A stretch of 64,000 nt of DNA from Guillardia theta CCMP2712. Its lineage: Eukaryota > Protista > Cryptophyta. Positions 62,279-64,000 of the stretch are shown here, piece after piece (within the stretch, counting starts at the first letter, position 1; every line of letters begins with the position of its first letter). The position numbers and the translations under genes were made by a program. Under the pieces are notes generated by a model. The model made no database searches. It had not been told where the DNA came from and worked only from the letters and a program-made list of their open reading frames with translations. The stretch lies in the NCBI RefSeq assembly GCF_000315625.1, contig NW_005434500.1, positions 1 through 64,000 of the forward strand, written 5' to 3'.

Positions 62279-63795
62279 CTAACGAACGTACCCTCGATTG
62301 AAATCAATACTCACCACCTGGCTATCGCCCGTTCCTCCCCTTTCTTCCACATATACTGCTCTAGCGCCCCGTCATCCTTGACAGGGATAACATCTCATTC
62401 TCCGGCGGGACGACAAAAACAATCCTTATCGTCCATGTCCCACCTTCAGGAATCCCCAGAGCCCCAAGAGCAGTCAAAAAATACCAGAGCTTGAGAGGGT
62501 GATCCCTTGCCACTGTCAGCTGAAAAAACTGTACGACCTTCTCATCCTGATCTACAATGATTGCGTCGTAGCCACCTTGAAATTCACTGATTGGTTTAAG
62601 ACACGCCCTCGTGTGGGGAAGAGAGTCCGTGTGTTCTGACGAATCGAAGTTTACAACGAAATTGCATGCTTTTAAAACTTCAGGCTCACTTGACCCGCGG
62701 TAAGTTATGCTCAGGTCTCTTCTCACTTCCTCGAAAAAGAGCATCTCCAAAAGATGCCCACATAAGTCTCGCTGGCCACTACAGGACGTCCACATTTTTC
62801 TCAATATGTCAACCGCTCCCCGGGACGCCGCAAGATTGCTTGCCACGTACTTGCACAGGAAATCAGGCCACCCTCTCCTGAGTCACTGTAGCAGCAATCA
62901 GCCGATTCGTGATATCCGTCGAGGAAACACCTACGTGGCCCCGAAAAAGTTTTTCGTAAGTTTGGAGCACTTTCAAGCGCAAGATCCAAGCACCGAAGGA
63001 CCTCCGCCGCAGTCATGTCGAACATGTACCGACATGACCCACCTGCTAGGTAATGCTTATGCCTTACTCGCTGTTGTTTCGATTTCGACCCTGTAGTCAT
63101 CTCGAGACTCAAAATCTCTCCTGTCACATTCATCTCCAAGGAAGGAGCCACCTGATTGTAAAACTCGTCAAACTGCACTGCCTCTAGATATTCATCGATC
63201 CTCCATGATGGAACTATGCGCTCCTTCAGCCCCAACTCTCGATCCTGTTCTTCGTAGATCTTTCCTCGAAACGCCGATGCCATTCACCACCACAAGACGT
63301 CGATTTTGCCTGTCGGCTTCCCGCCATCCTACACATGCTACCAAAGCTCTCTTGTGAGATTCTTGGTAAGACAAATCCATCGAGTACCAGGAGGCTCTTT
63401 TTGCCGTCTGACAACCCTTCAAGCAACAGTGTCATCTGTTTCCCCTCAGACTCCTTTGCGACAGAGCATGTTCTTCTCCTGTTGCCTGAAACCTCCACGA
63501 CAAAGGTGTTGTATTTGGCCTTCAGCCTGATGCATTTGAAGCTCCACTCATTCCTATCCAGCGTCATACAAAACGAAAGCGTTGTTGTTGTCTTCCCTGT
63601 TCCTGGAGAGCCTTGTATCCAGCCAAGAGCACCATGCTCTAGCACTTGCTCTCGCAGGAAACGGAACTGCTTCAGAAAGGCCCTTGTCGGCAGTAGAGAA
63701 GAAGATGCTCTCCGCTGTTTACATTTGTGCCCCTTGAGCAAGAGCAATCTAGACGGAAGTATGTGCAAGCCATGCTTGCTTCCGACAAGGGACTC
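62279..63795 (-). pseudogene. Second Crinkler-type NTPase+REase copy, degenerate and 5'-truncated
   Basis: High nucleotide similarity to 13990-15550, with several frameshifts and a ~48-bp deletion; retains GSPGTGKT and QGGYDAII, and the probable original end SIDFNRGYVR*. Confidence 0.9.
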
Positions 63796-64000
63796 CTCTG
63801 ACGGGCCCCTCACAGTTTGTGGCTCGCCACACCTGCTATTATTACCTGCTACTGCTACACGGGCCGGCCGCCGGCCCGGAACTAACTACAACTAGGGAAC
63901 TTTTTTGGCCTGAATGACCAAGTTTGTCAACGACCCGTTAACTTCCTATGGGAAAGGCTGGTGGTGAGCGGCCGCTCTATTTCGGGTGTTCGGCTCGGGG

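Overview
Eukaryotic nuclear DNA: gene-dense, with short (~40-60 nt) GT-AG introns, purine- or pyrimidine-run introns and three assembly gaps. Signal-peptide+Phe presequences and the overall style suggest a cryptophyte such as Guillardia (inference). Recognisable core genes: a plastid-type OST-HTH/LOTUS-like protein, Mpv17/PMP22, PLAC8, an ARM-repeat protein, Lines (LINS1-like), Dpy-30, EDR2-C (DUF1336), MAPEG, a GT61+F5/8C glycosyltransferase, tRNA-Leu(CAA), an N2227/CARNMT1-like methyltransferase, and a ubiquitin-like...dynein-light-chain gene. Accessory islands sit next to unusual GC-rich patches packed with GTSAC/GASTC motifs. (1) A non-autonomous copia/hemivirus-type LTR element (3796-5658) has a half-tRNAiMet PBS, a PPT and an extra fold-back inverted LTR. 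It has TG..CA outer ends and a 5-bp GTCAC target duplication, but its inner LTR junctions lack the terminal T and A. (2) A ~6.5-kb island bracketed by 44-bp inverted repeats holds a Crinkler-type NTPase+restriction-endonuclease gene, an ARM gene and a kinase-RING pseudogene. (3) A second, degenerate Crinkler copy at 62.3-63.8 kb shares a 5' breakpoint with a fragment in island 2. Gene models were read by eye, and exon boundaries not stated explicitly are approximate.
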